Notes under the pieces: generated by a model
What the model was told of the DNA's origin: nothing
Database searches by the model: none
The model's input: only the letters and a program-made list of their open reading frames with translations
In this document: positions 10,130 through 19,977 of the stretch, piece after piece
Layout: each line of letters opens with the position of its first letter
How positions within the stretch are numbered: the first letter of the stretch is position 1
Origin: an uncultured bacterium
GTDB lineage: Bacteria; Babelota; Babeliae; Babelales; Vermiphilaceae
Direction: 5' to 3'
Length of the DNA stretch: 64,000 bases
NCBI GenBank assembly: GCA_963701085.1
Contig: OY969561.1
Location: 768,001-832,000, forward strand
Program-made: the position numbers and the translations under genes

Positions 10130-11119
10130 ATGAACAAAATAATTCTCTTCGCATCTCTTGCCACCACATTTATTCACGGCATGGAAACAGTTTCTTTACT
10201 CGGAATGACAAAAACTTCTTTGAATATGGTCTATAATGGAACAAAAATTAATCTCTCAAAAAAACCTTGGGAAGATGCGGTAGATACAAAAGTTCTCATG
10301 GTTATTGGCAATCAACAACAAAATATGTTGCAAGAAAGACATAATGGTCTTAATACCATAGGACACGCTTATTTTTCATATGGTACCGTATGTTATATTC
10401 GCAAAAGAAAAATGGCAGATGAAAGCGCTTCTGATGATGATACATATATAGAAGAAGCTCTTTCATTTAAATCATATCGTCAAATCGATAAACAAACATG
10501 GAGAGAGCACTATAAAGAGAAAAAAATCTACATGAAAATTGAAGAACCGTGCATTAGTAATTCTACCAGAGAAAAAATAATCAGTTTTTGCCAACCTGAT
10601 TCAGATTCAATGCAAACAATCACCATACCCGCTCAACTCATGAATACTTTTGTATACAATGTTCACAGAGCAGTACCTGACAGAGACGATGCGTATTATG
10701 ATTTGGTTTTTCAAGGTGATGAAGCAATTCAAGAAGCTTCAAAGGATTTAATTTTATGTTATAACAACGCTTTAACTGAAGGATTAAAATACTTCCAATC
10801 TGAAGCAAAAAAAAATAGAAGCCTAACTTTTCCAACGCTTGGTGCTGATACCGGCTTTCCACGAGATAAAGCCGCACCAATTGCCATAGCAACAGTTTTT
10901 GAATTTATCCAAGAACATCCAGATGAATATGAAAGTATTACTTTTTTTGTCAAAAAACGATCTGATTTTGCGTTGTATAAAAAATTGTTAATGGAATACT
11001 ACAAGCCAATACAAACAATATGTCTTTTATATTTTGCACATAAAAATAATGAAACCATTATATCTCTTCTGCCATTCAATGTGATAAACCACATAACTTG
11101 GTTAATGCATAATTCATAA
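10130..11119 (+). CDS. Secreted macro-domain-like protein, copy 3
   Basis: Signal ending HG-ME; SLTFPTLGADTGFPRDKAA; nearly identical to copy 4. Confidence 0.78.
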   Translation: MNKIILFASLATTFIHGMETVSLLGMTKTSLNMVYNGTKINLSKKPWEDAVDTKVLMVIGNQQQNMLQERHNGLNTIGHAYFSYGTVCYIRKRKMADESASDDDTYIEEALSFKSYRQIDKQTWREHYKEKKIYMKIEEPCISNSTREKIISFCQPDSDSMQTITIPAQLMNTFVYNVHRAVPDRDDAYYDLVFQGDEAIQEASKDLILCYNNALTEGLKYFQSEAKKNRSLTFPTLGADTGFPRDKAAPIAIATVFEFIQEHPDEYESITFFVKKRSDFALYKKLLMEYYKPIQTICLLYFAHKNNETIISLLPFNVINHITWLMHNS

Positions 11120-11131
11120 TATTCAACTCAA

Positions 11132-11175
11132 AAAAGATAAATTCCCAACTTGGACTGTTGGGGTATTTATCTTTT
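11132..11175. terminator. Long hairpin terminator, repeated at about 12225-12268 with a variant at 13348-13372
   Basis: AAAAGATAAATTCCCAAC-ttggact-GTTGGGGTATTTATCTTTT. Confidence 0.65.
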
Positions 11176-11180
11176 AATTC

Positions 11181-11242
11181 TTAAATAACAAAAATTATGT
11201 GCTATACTAAAATTAATAAATTTACTCAGAGGGGCACATATC
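11181..11242 (+). promoter_or_regulatory. Duplicated promoter/RBS block (extended -10 TGcTATACT, GAGGGG RBS), also at 12274-12335 and 13633-13694
   Basis: Near-identical block found three times, ahead of macro copy 4, macro copy 5 and trhO. Confidence 0.7.
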
Positions 11243-12205
11243 ATGAACAAAATAATTCTCTTCGCATCTCTTGCCACCACATTTATTCACGGCATGGAAA
11301 CAGTTTCTTTACTCGGAATGACAAAAACTTCTTTGAATATGGTCTATAATGGAACAAAAATTAATCTCTCAAAAGAACCTTGGGAAGATGCGGTAGATAC
11401 AAAAGTTCTCATTGTTATCGGCAATCAACAACAAAATATGTTGCAAGAAAGACATAATGGTCTTAATACCATAGGACACGCTTATTGGTCATATGGTACC
11501 GTATGTTATATTCGCAAAAGAAAAATGGCAGATGAAAGTGCCTCTGATGATGATACATATAAACCATATCGTAAAATTGATAAACAAACATGGAGAGAGC
11601 ACTATAAAGAGAAAAAAGTCTACATAAAAATTGAAGAGCCATGCATTAGTAATTCTACCAGAGAAAAAAGCATCAGTTTTTGTTCACCTGATTCAGATTC
11701 AATGGAAACAATCACCATACCCGCTCAACTCATGAATACTTTTGTATACAATGTTCACAGAGCAGTACCTGACAGAGACGATGCGTATTATGATTTAGTT
11801 TTTCAAGGCGATGAAGCAATTCTAGAAGCTGCAAATGATTTAGTTTTATGTTATGACAACGCTTTAACTGAAGGATTAAAATACTTCCAATTTGAAACAA
11901 AAAAAAATAAAAACATAGCTTTTCCAACGCTCGGTGCTGATACCGGCTTTCCACGAGATAAAGCCGCTCCAATTGCCATAGCAACAGTTTTTGAATTTCT
12001 CCAAGCATTTCCAGATAAATATGAAAGTATTACTTTTTTCGTCAAAAAACGATCTGATTTTGCGTTGTATAAAAAATTGTTAATGGAATACTACAAGCCA
12101 ATACAAACAATATGTCTTTTATATTTTGCACATAAAAATAGTGAAGGCATTATATCTCTTCTGCCATTCGATGTGATAAACCACATAACTTGGTTAATGT
12201 TATAA
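11243..12205 (+). CDS. Secreted macro-domain-like protein, copy 4
   Basis: NIAFPTLGADTGFPRDKAA; recent tandem duplicate of copy 3. Confidence 0.78.
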   Translation: MNKIILFASLATTFIHGMETVSLLGMTKTSLNMVYNGTKINLSKEPWEDAVDTKVLIVIGNQQQNMLQERHNGLNTIGHAYWSYGTVCYIRKRKMADESASDDDTYKPYRKIDKQTWREHYKEKKVYIKIEEPCISNSTREKSISFCSPDSDSMETITIPAQLMNTFVYNVHRAVPDRDDAYYDLVFQGDEAILEAANDLVLCYDNALTEGLKYFQFETKKNKNIAFPTLGADTGFPRDKAAPIAIATVFEFLQAFPDKYESITFFVKKRSDFALYKKLLMEYYKPIQTICLLYFAHKNSEGIISLLPFDVINHITWLML

Positions 12206-12335
12206 TGCATAATATTCAACTCAAAAAAGATAAATTCCCAACTTGGACTGTTGAGGTATTTATCTTTTAATTCTTAAATAACAAAAATTATGTGCTATAC
12301 TAAAATTAATAAATTTACTCAGAGGGGCACATATC

Positions 12336-13325
12336 ATGAACAAAATAATTCTCTTCGCATCTCTTGCCACCACATTTACTCACAGCATGGAAACAGTTTC
12401 TTTACTCGGAATGACAAAAACTTCTTTAAATATGATCTATAATGGAACAAAAATTAATCTCTTAAAAGAACCTTTATCAAGCGCAGCAAACAAAGCCAAG
12501 ATCACCTTTGTTGGTGACAAACAGCAAGAATTGTTATCTGGACAATTTGACACTTCCTCTTACACTGTAGGAACAATATGGAATGCTTGTGATAATCTTC
12601 TAGACTCCAGCACACGACACTTTGGTGAGTCTATTTCCTTATATGAAAAAAATAAGGATGATGATAGCGCTTCTGATGATGATACTTACAAATCATATCC
12701 TTATAATCCTGACAATAAAAAAGAAGCACTATGGAAAAGTACATATAAAAAAACAGCAAGCTTTATAAAAAATGTTGTAGAACCATGCATCAATCAATCA
12801 GCAGAAGGCTTTATATATTATTCATGTCGACGCGATCCAAATTACCATTGGAGTAACAACAAAATCTTGCTAACATTTACAGGTGATGAAGCAATTGAAG
12901 AAGCTTCAAAAGATTTAGACTTGTGTTATAGAGAAATTTTAAGAATAGGAGCTGGATATTATATATCAAGATCAGAATCTAAAATTTGGTATACCAGACC
13001 ACAAACAAAGCAGAACACAACTATAGCAATTCCACCTCTGAGCGTTGATGTTGGTTTCCCACGAGATAAAGCTGCACCCATTGCTATAGCAGCTATTTTT
13101 AATTTTCTTTAAGATTACACTGAAGGATATGATACTATAAATCTTGTCGTCCAAAAACGATCTGACTTTGCGTTGTATAAAAAATTGTTAATGAAACACT
13201 ACAAGCCAATACAAGCAATATGTCTTTTATATTGTGCAAACAAACATAAAAACAATGAACATATCATATCTCTTCTACCATTCGATGTGATAAGCTACAT
13301 AACTTGGTTAATGTATAATGCATAA
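12336..13325 (+). pseudogene. Macro-domain-like copy 5 interrupted by an in-frame TAA at 13110-13112
   Basis: The same frame continues DYTEGYDTINLVVQKRSDFALYKK...LLPFDVISYITWLMYNA* as in the paralogs, which have CAA at this codon. Confidence 0.8.
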
Positions 13326-13379
13326 TATTCAATTCAAATAAACTTAATCCCCAACGATCCAAGTTGGGGATGTATCTTA

Positions 13380-13632
13380 GAACCTATTCCTAAACTAATT
13401 TTTATCCCCGCGCTCGTTTAACCTCATCTTCATTCTTTCGATGGGGACCCCGATTGGAACGAAGTGGAAATTGGGGGATAAAGGATATCCTCGAGCGCTC
13501 GAAGAAAACCCTTCAAGCCGTCCTTCGCCGAGGCTTCGGAGGCCAGGCGGGTGTTTACTGCTGAGCAACGTCGAAGCATCAGGGCGAGCGCGGGAAGGAA
13601 ATTTAATATTTTTCGACTTTAGAGATAGGCTC
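13380..13632. mobile_element. MITE-like element, 253 bp, with TTA target duplication
   Basis: TTA|GAACCTATTCCTAAA...TTTAGAGATAGGCTC|TTA; the paralogous intergenic regions at about 11180 and 12273 lack it. Confidence 0.8.
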
Positions 13633-13694
13633 TTAAATAACAAAAATTATGTGCTATACTAGAACTAACAAATTTACTCAGAGGGGCACATACC

Positions 13695-14612
13695 ATGAAC
13701 AAAATACTCCTTTTTTATAAATACGTTGCCATTGAATACCCAAAACAGATTATGAAATGGCAACAACAAATATGCCAAGAACGAGCACTCCTGGGCAGAA
13801 TTCTGATTAGCCACGAAGGTATCAATGGCACCTTGGGCGGATCGGCACAAAACCTTGATGAATACATGCGCCTCATGTTAGCCCATGAACTGTTCGGTGA
13901 AATAGATTTTAAAGAAAGCACTGGCGGCCCTGAATGCTTCCCTCGCCTTTCCGTTAAAGTACGCAATGAGGCGGTATCGCTGGGCATTCCTTATGACCAA
14001 CTCACTCCACGCACGGGCGGCCAACACCTTACTCCAGAAGAAACACACGCAACTTCTTACCGATAAACCTGAAGATCTTATAATTTTAGACGCACGTAAC
14101 AATTATGAGTGGGAAATTGGGCGTTTTGAAAATGCACTACTGCCTGATATTCAAAACTTTAGAGATTTGCCACACTATCTTGATGAAAATCTTGATCAAT
14201 TTAAAGACAAACAAGTACTCATGTATTGCACGGGTGGCATCCGTTGTGAACGCGCAACAGCATATCTTAATGAAAAAAATGTTGCCAAAAAAGTATATCA
14301 AATAAAGGGCGGCATTGTTCGTTATGCAGAACAGTATCCTGATGGCTTTTTCCGTGGCAAAAATTATGTTTTTGATGCACGCATTGCAGTAAAAATAAAC
14401 AATGACATTCTTGGTTCTTGCACCCTTTGCACACAACCATGTGATGATTACCACAACTGCCTCAATGCTTCATGCAATAAACATTTTATTGCTGCGCTGA
14501 CTGCATCAATACCTACAATAAAACCTGCAGTCAAAACTGTAAAATGTTGATTCAAGAAAATAAAACTCACCTACGACCCGAATTTAATAAAACCTGCTCA
14601 TTACCTCAGTAA
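13695..14612 (+). pseudogene. trhO: Rhodanese-domain tRNA U34 hydroxylase TrhO (UPF0176) with two frameshifts (about 14049 and 14492); pseudogene or read errors
   Basis: LLFYKY, GRILISHEGINGT, DARNNYEWEIGRF, MYCTGGIRCE, GKNYVFDAR; the Cys-rich tail CADC..TCSQNC resumes in another frame to TAA at 14610-14612. Confidence 0.88.
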
Positions 14613-14618
14613 AACATT

Positions 14619-15602
14619 ATGCATAAAGAACCATCTAGCGAAACAAATACTATAAACAGTCTATTGATCCAAACAAATGTTCCGCTTGCGGACAAAAATT
14701 GGTTTGGCACGGGTGGTTCTGCACGTTTTTATTGCGAACCAACAACCGCGCAACAGTTCCAAGAAGCTATTATCTATGCCGACACCCATAAACTTGAAAT
14801 TTTTATTTTGGGACAAGGCGCCAATATTCTCATCAGTGATGATGGCTTTGATGGTCTCGTTATTCGTCCATTTTTGATGGATATAACAACAATCTCCACC
14901 CATGACGGCGTTGCACTTGTTAAAGCTGGCGCTGGCGTAACCATGCCAAATTTAATTGATTATTGCCTCAACAACACTATGATTGGTCTTGAAGAGTTTA
15001 GTGGCATACCGGGCACCGTTGGTGGTTCTGTGTATATTAATTTGCACTACTTTGAATTTTTACTCGCCAACTTCCTTGTTTCTGCGGAAATTTTACACAA
15101 AAAAAATGGCTCCCTGGAAACAGTGGATGCCGCTTGGTTTAATTTTGGTTATAACGATTCAGAGCTCCATAAAAAAGATTATTTTTTGGTGAACGCAACG
15201 TTCAAACTAAAAACCGCAACCGACGAACAAACCGCCTTTGCCAAAGGTCGCAAAACAGAAATTATTCGTCATCGTGCACATCGCTATCCGCAAGTACGCA
15301 CCTGCGGTAGTTTTTTTAGAAACTTTTTTTCTCATGAAGTTACGCTAGAAATTGAAAACAAAAAAATAATTTTTGTCGCGTATTATCTTGATAAGATTGG
15401 TATTAAAGGAACGTTACGAAAGGGCAATGCAATTGTTTCTCCGCAGCATGCTAATATGATTGTTAATATTGGCAATGCAACAAGCACTGATATCATCACC
15501 CTTGCCCATGAAATGCAAAGATTGGTACTTGATACATTTAACATTGTGCCGCAACCGGAATGTCAGCTGATTGGGTTTAAAAAATACCCACTACTACAAT
15601 AA
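14619..15602 (+). CDS. murB: UDP-N-acetylenolpyruvoylglucosamine reductase
   Basis: LGQGANILISD, GIPGTVGG, CGSFFRN, HANMIVN, QPE. Confidence 0.95.
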   Translation: MHKEPSSETNTINSLLIQTNVPLADKNWFGTGGSARFYCEPTTAQQFQEAIIYADTHKLEIFILGQGANILISDDGFDGLVIRPFLMDITTISTHDGVALVKAGAGVTMPNLIDYCLNNTMIGLEEFSGIPGTVGGSVYINLHYFEFLLANFLVSAEILHKKNGSLETVDAAWFNFGYNDSELHKKDYFLVNATFKLKTATDEQTAFAKGRKTEIIRHRAHRYPQVRTCGSFFRNFFSHEVTLEIENKKIIFVAYYLDKIGIKGTLRKGNAIVSPQHANMIVNIGNATSTDIITLAHEMQRLVLDTFNIVPQPECQLIGFKKYPLLQ

Positions 15603-15609
15603 ACTTTTA

Positions 15610-16152
15610 TCAAAGCGGTAATTTTTTCTCAATCCAATAACGCGCAAAAAGTCCGATCGCAACAAAAATATCTCTATCCTCAGCAGAAACCGGCCTACCT
15701 GTCTCATTTATTTTAGCTTGCTCAAGCTGCTTACCAAATTCGTATGTTACGCGCGCAATAAAATTAAGATCGCCTGGGCGTTGGCTGCATTTTTCAAGCA
15801 GCATATTAATGCAATAAATACAGTCATCTGATGAAAGCAATTTCAACATATGTTGAATGTTTTTCACAGGACGATCAAAAAAAGAATAGGAAGATGGAAT
15901 ACATACTTTTATGACAAATTCATCATATCCAAATACTTTTGCGCCAATTTCTACTGTGTGAGTTTTTCTTCCCCACCACAATTCTGATCTATTTTTAAAA
16001 ATATACTTTTCAAAACGTTTATAATGCTGATGATAAGCCTCTGTGGTTACCCTTATCTTTTTTATATCTTCTCTTACCCAAGCGTAAGAACTCATAACCT
16101 GCAAACCAACGAGCAAACTCATTATAAATCTATTAATAGAAAACTGAGACAT
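15610..16152 (-). CDS. Secreted hypothetical protein
   Basis: Start MSQFSIN after GGAG; signal peptide ending SYA. Confidence 0.65.
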   Translation of the reverse strand: MSQFSINRFIMSLLVGLQVMSSYAWVREDIKKIRVTTEAYHQHYKRFEKYIFKNRSELWWGRKTHTVEIGAKVFGYDEFVIKVCIPSSYSFFDRPVKNIQHMLKLLSSDDCIYCINMLLEKCSQRPGDLNFIARVTYEFGKQLEQAKINETGRPVSAEDRDIFVAIGLFARYWIEKKLPL

Positions 16153-16180
16153 ATAAACTCCCAAAAAACAGTTCACACCA

Positions 16181-17290
16181 TTACTTAACCCTAAAATCTT
16201 CTTCCAAGTAATGCCTAAACGTAAAATTACACAGTGTGACAAACATATATTCTTCTCTTTTTATTTTTCCTTTTTTTACAAACTCATCCATTTTTATCGG
16301 CTCTTTTTTTAAAAGATCTCTATCCTCATCCGTAACATTTATTTTGTCAACTGCGTGTCCGTATAAAAATTCTGCCAACTCACTTTGGTTAATCGTTTTT
16401 GCATTGGCCAATATACTGCTTTTAAACGCTTTTTCCAACTCTTGCATATAATCAACACCATCTTCAAGACGAGCAAAAACTTCCTCTATTGCATTGTGAT
16501 CAGTAAAAAATTCAAAAGGGATGCTATCGTATGCGTACCCACTAACTCTGAACGTTGCAGCCCATTTCCCAACAGTTTTTGCTAAACCAATATCATACGC
16601 AACAGTTTCAGTAACATACTTTTTGATAACCGGTGCATCACGCCTCAATTTTTCTGCCGTAATATCTAATAAATAAGCATGATGCTTATGATGATCATCA
16701 GTACTTTTTGTGAGTTTTAGTTCTTCTTTTTCAATAGATGCATCATTGTCATGATCAAAGTATTTTGCAAGATAATAATATAAATGTTTATGGGCATGTT
16801 CAGACTTAGTCGGGCTAACAACATTATGATTATTCTGAGACGTTGTAGTAATAACATAATCATTGTTTATTGCTTGGCACACAACTCTTCTCTCACAATC
16901 AAGCGTAATAAAACTGCCATCAGTAATTTTTTTAGTCGCTTCACGTACACCAACAATTACCGGAATACGGAACTTTTGCCCCAAGGATAACGCATAGTTA
17001 TCATTAATACCTTTTTCCGTAATAATTCCCGCAGATAAATGCAATCCACAGCCCCATGATTCATGTATATAAGGCGCAACAACAATATCTCCCTCACGCA
17101 GCTTCCTTAGATGCTTATACTCCGTGACAATAGATACTCTTCCGGTGACATTATCACCATAACTAAACTTGCCAACTGCCACTATTTTTTTATATTCAGG
17201 CTCCATTGCAGACAAGAATAGTATAGACAAGCATAAAAAACAGATTACAATACCAATAAGTCGAATAGATGATATCTTTTTTATAAACAT
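16181..17290 (-). CDS. Secreted protein with a PEP-utilizer mobile (swivelling) domain lacking the His
   Basis: Signal ending SA-ME; EGDIVVA...AGIITEKG.....A....FRIPVIVGVREATKKITDG.FITLD. Confidence 0.75.
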   Translation of the reverse strand: MFIKKISSIRLIGIVICFLCLSILFLSAMEPEYKKIVAVGKFSYGDNVTGRVSIVTEYKHLRKLREGDIVVAPYIHESWGCGLHLSAGIITEKGINDNYALSLGQKFRIPVIVGVREATKKITDGSFITLDCERRVVCQAINNDYVITTTSQNNHNVVSPTKSEHAHKHLYYYLAKYFDHDNDASIEKEELKLTKSTDDHHKHHAYLLDITAEKLRRDAPVIKKYVTETVAYDIGLAKTVGKWAATFRVSGYAYDSIPFEFFTDHNAIEEVFARLEDGVDYMQELEKAFKSSILANAKTINQSELAEFLYGHAVDKINVTDEDRDLLKKEPIKMDEFVKKGKIKREEYMFVTLCNFTFRHYLEEDFRVK

Positions 17291-17419
17291 AACAATCTCC
17301 CCGTAAATCCCGAGCTTGTTAAAACGGTTTATTTTTTTTAATTTTATTAATTACGATATACTATTAATTATTTATACTATAACATAAAAATAAAAAACTA
17401 GAAAATTGTACTTTTAATT

Positions 17420-18091
17420 ATGAATGAATTAATTTTTATCTTCCACACCGTCATTATCGCAACTTTTGCCCTTGGCGCTCTCGCCTTGGGCCGCTCCGCT
17501 CTTGTTGCCTTTGTCTGCACCCAGTGCATACTCGCCAACCTTTTTGTGGTAAAACAGATCACCCTTTTTGGTCTTACCGCCACCTGCGCCGATGCTTTTA
17601 CCGTAGGAGCAACAATTGGCCTTAATCTATTGCAAGAATATTTTGGCAAAGAAATCGCCAAAAAAACGATCTGGATTAATTTCTTTTTACTTATTTTTTA
17701 CGCAATCGTATCACAAATACATCTTATTTATATCCCCCACAGTGCTGATATCATGCATCTGCACTTTATGCCACTGCTTAATCTTATGCCTCGCATTGTG
17801 ATAGCTTCATTTTCCGTCTATCTTATCTCCCAAATGGCAGATTTCTACCTTTATGGCTTTTTAAAAAAAACCTTTCAAGACCGCTATATCATCGTACGCA
17901 ACTATGCTTCTATTGCATTCTGCCAGCTACTCGATACTATATTATTTAGTTTTTTGGGCCTTTATGGCATTATCGATAACATTTGGGAAGTTATCACCAT
18001 TAGCTACCTCATCAAGTTGGCTAGCATTATCATTGCCACCCCATTTGTTGGCTTTTCCCGCCGGGTATATACAATAACAAATTCAAACTAA
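17420..18091 (+). CDS. yhhQ: Queuosine precursor transporter (YhhQ/Vut_1)
   Basis: ANLFVVK, LLQEYFGKEIAKK, PRIVIAS...SQ, RN..S...QLLDT; close to tgt. Confidence 0.9.
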   Translation: MNELIFIFHTVIIATFALGALALGRSALVAFVCTQCILANLFVVKQITLFGLTATCADAFTVGATIGLNLLQEYFGKEIAKKTIWINFFLLIFYAIVSQIHLIYIPHSADIMHLHFMPLLNLMPRIVIASFSVYLISQMADFYLYGFLKKTFQDRYIIVRNYASIAFCQLLDTILFSFLGLYGIIDNIWEVITISYLIKLASIIIATPFVGFSRRVYTITNSN

Positions 18092-18113
18092 TTTAAAGGA
18101 AAAAACAACCGAT

Positions 18114-18761
18114 ATGAAAACAAAAAAACTCACGGCTATTTTTATGGCAATAACAGCAATCAACAACACTAATCTCTGTATGGAAACACAAGAAAAAGAT
18201 CTTAAACAGCTTATTGTCATGAGAGTAGATCATGCTTATAAAGATTTAAAAAATATTTTACAAAAAAATATTATCGACAATTATAGTGCTATTCATCCTG
18301 CTCTACAACATGAAATGCTTAAAACCTGCATAGACAACAATAATATGAAAGGCTTAGAAATATGCCTTAAGCATAATTTTAACCCAAATCGCTATCATAA
18401 AGGCCTCAGTTTATTACATTGTGCTATAGAACGGAATAACCCAGCAGCACTATGGTTTCTCGCAGATGCCAATCCTGATCTAATCCCACGTAACGATGTA
18501 GGAGAAACTCCTTTAGATTATGCAGTAAGGTTAAAATTTCATAACTGTATTGATGCAATGTCCCGTATAATCGCAATAAAACGAGATGAACTCTTCCAAC
18601 ACAGGAAACATTGCGGACTGACAAAACACATTTTACGACCAGAACAACCTTGTTCAAAGTGCATAAGTGCATTAACCAATCAATTACAATGGCATGGTAT
18701 ACAACCTTACAGCAACAGTTCCGATAGCTCAAGCCATGCCAGCCTAGGTTCTCATTCGTAA
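18114..18761 (+). CDS. Secreted ankyrin-repeat protein
   Basis: GLSLLHCAI, GETPLDYAV; signal-like N-terminus ending LC-ME. Confidence 0.8.
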   Translation: MKTKKLTAIFMAITAINNTNLCMETQEKDLKQLIVMRVDHAYKDLKNILQKNIIDNYSAIHPALQHEMLKTCIDNNNMKGLEICLKHNFNPNRYHKGLSLLHCAIERNNPAALWFLADANPDLIPRNDVGETPLDYAVRLKFHNCIDAMSRIIAIKRDELFQHRKHCGLTKHILRPEQPCSKCISALTNQLQWHGIQPYSNSSDSSSHASLGSHS

Positions 18762-18834
18762 CCTTGTTTGTTTTCTGATATACTAATAAGGCAGTAAATA
18801 ATCCTTAAACGCTCCAAAGGAGCGCAAAAATCTT

Positions 18835-19965
18835 ATGTCATACTTTAGATTTGAACTTATTCACCAATCCAAAAAATCACGTGCTCGTGTTGGCCGCATT
18901 CACACACCACACGGCATTATTGATACACCAAATTTTGTTGGCGTTGGCACCAACGCGACAATGAAATCAGTCGATCCTGTCACCGTATCACACATTGGCA
19001 TGCAACTTATGTTTTGCAATACCTATCATCTTATGCTGCAACCTGGCACAGAAATCATCAAACAAGCTGGGGGCCTCCATACATTCATGAATAGAAACAT
19101 GCCCATTATTACCGATTCTGGTGGATTTCAGGTATTTAGTCTTGCATACGGCACCGTTAAGGATGAACTCAAAAGCCGCGGACAAAAAAAGGGTGATAAT
19201 TTAGTCCTTAAAACATCAGAAGATGGCGTACTATTTAGATCTTATCGTGATGGTACCAAAATATTATTAACACCAGAAACATCCATCGCTGCCCAAAAAG
19301 ATCTTGGCGCTGATATTATTATTCCTTTTGATGAGTTACCTCCCTATCACATTGACGAGCGCAAACTTATTGATTCATTACATCGCACTCATCGCTGGGA
19401 AAAAAGATCTCTTGATGCCCATTTAGCCAACAAGCAAAATCAGGCTATGTATTCAGTTATTCATGGCGGCATCAGCAAAGAATTACGCAAAGAAAGTTGT
19501 GAGGTGCTCACCAAATTACCTTTTGATGGCCATGCAATTGGTGGAAGCATGGGAAAAAACAGACAAGAAATGGTTGATATGCTCACGTTTGTCATGCCGT
19601 TATTACCAACCGATAAACCAAACCATCTGCTTGGCATCGGTGATTTAGCATCAATTGAACCATGCGTTGCACTTGGCGTTGACACCTTTGATAGTTCGCA
19701 TCCAACCCGTTGCGCACGTCATGGATTGCTCTTTACCACCAAAGGATTTGTTAAAATTGGCAATGCAGAAAACAAAATGGCATTCCGACCAATTGATGAA
19801 GCATGTAGCTGTTATACCTGCCAAAATTTTACTCGTGCATATCTGCACCATCTTTTTAAGGCAGGTGAGCTAAGTTCATACACGCTCGCAACCATTCACA
19901 ATCTCCATTTTATGGTAAAGTTAATGGCAGACTATAGAAATAGAATTTTAAATGACGAATTATAA
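18835..19965 (+). CDS. tgt: tRNA-guanine transglycosylase
   Basis: ARVGRIHTPHG, NTYHL, TDSGGFQ, HLLGIG, CSCYTC...YLHHL, TIHN. Confidence 0.97.
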   Translation: MSYFRFELIHQSKKSRARVGRIHTPHGIIDTPNFVGVGTNATMKSVDPVTVSHIGMQLMFCNTYHLMLQPGTEIIKQAGGLHTFMNRNMPIITDSGGFQVFSLAYGTVKDELKSRGQKKGDNLVLKTSEDGVLFRSYRDGTKILLTPETSIAAQKDLGADIIIPFDELPPYHIDERKLIDSLHRTHRWEKRSLDAHLANKQNQAMYSVIHGGISKELRKESCEVLTKLPFDGHAIGGSMGKNRQEMVDMLTFVMPLLPTDKPNHLLGIGDLASIEPCVALGVDTFDSSHPTRCARHGLLFTTKGFVKIGNAENKMAFRPIDEACSCYTCQNFTRAYLHHLFKAGELSSYTLATIHNLHFMVKLMADYRNRILNDEL

Positions 19966-19977
19966 CGAAATACTTTT

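Noticed and set aside
10130-12205. Near-identical macro or WD40 copies as a DGR template/variable pair
   Set aside because: Differences are not adenine-specific, both copies are whole genes, and no reverse transcriptase is present
13110-13112. In-frame stop as evidence for an alternative genetic code
   Set aside because: TAA, TAG and TGA all end conserved genes normally in this window; this is a single CAA-to-TAA change
13395-13662. ORFs 13395..13643(-) and 13441..13662(+)
   Set aside because: They are translations of the MITE, with no RBS or domain signal and no transposase motifs
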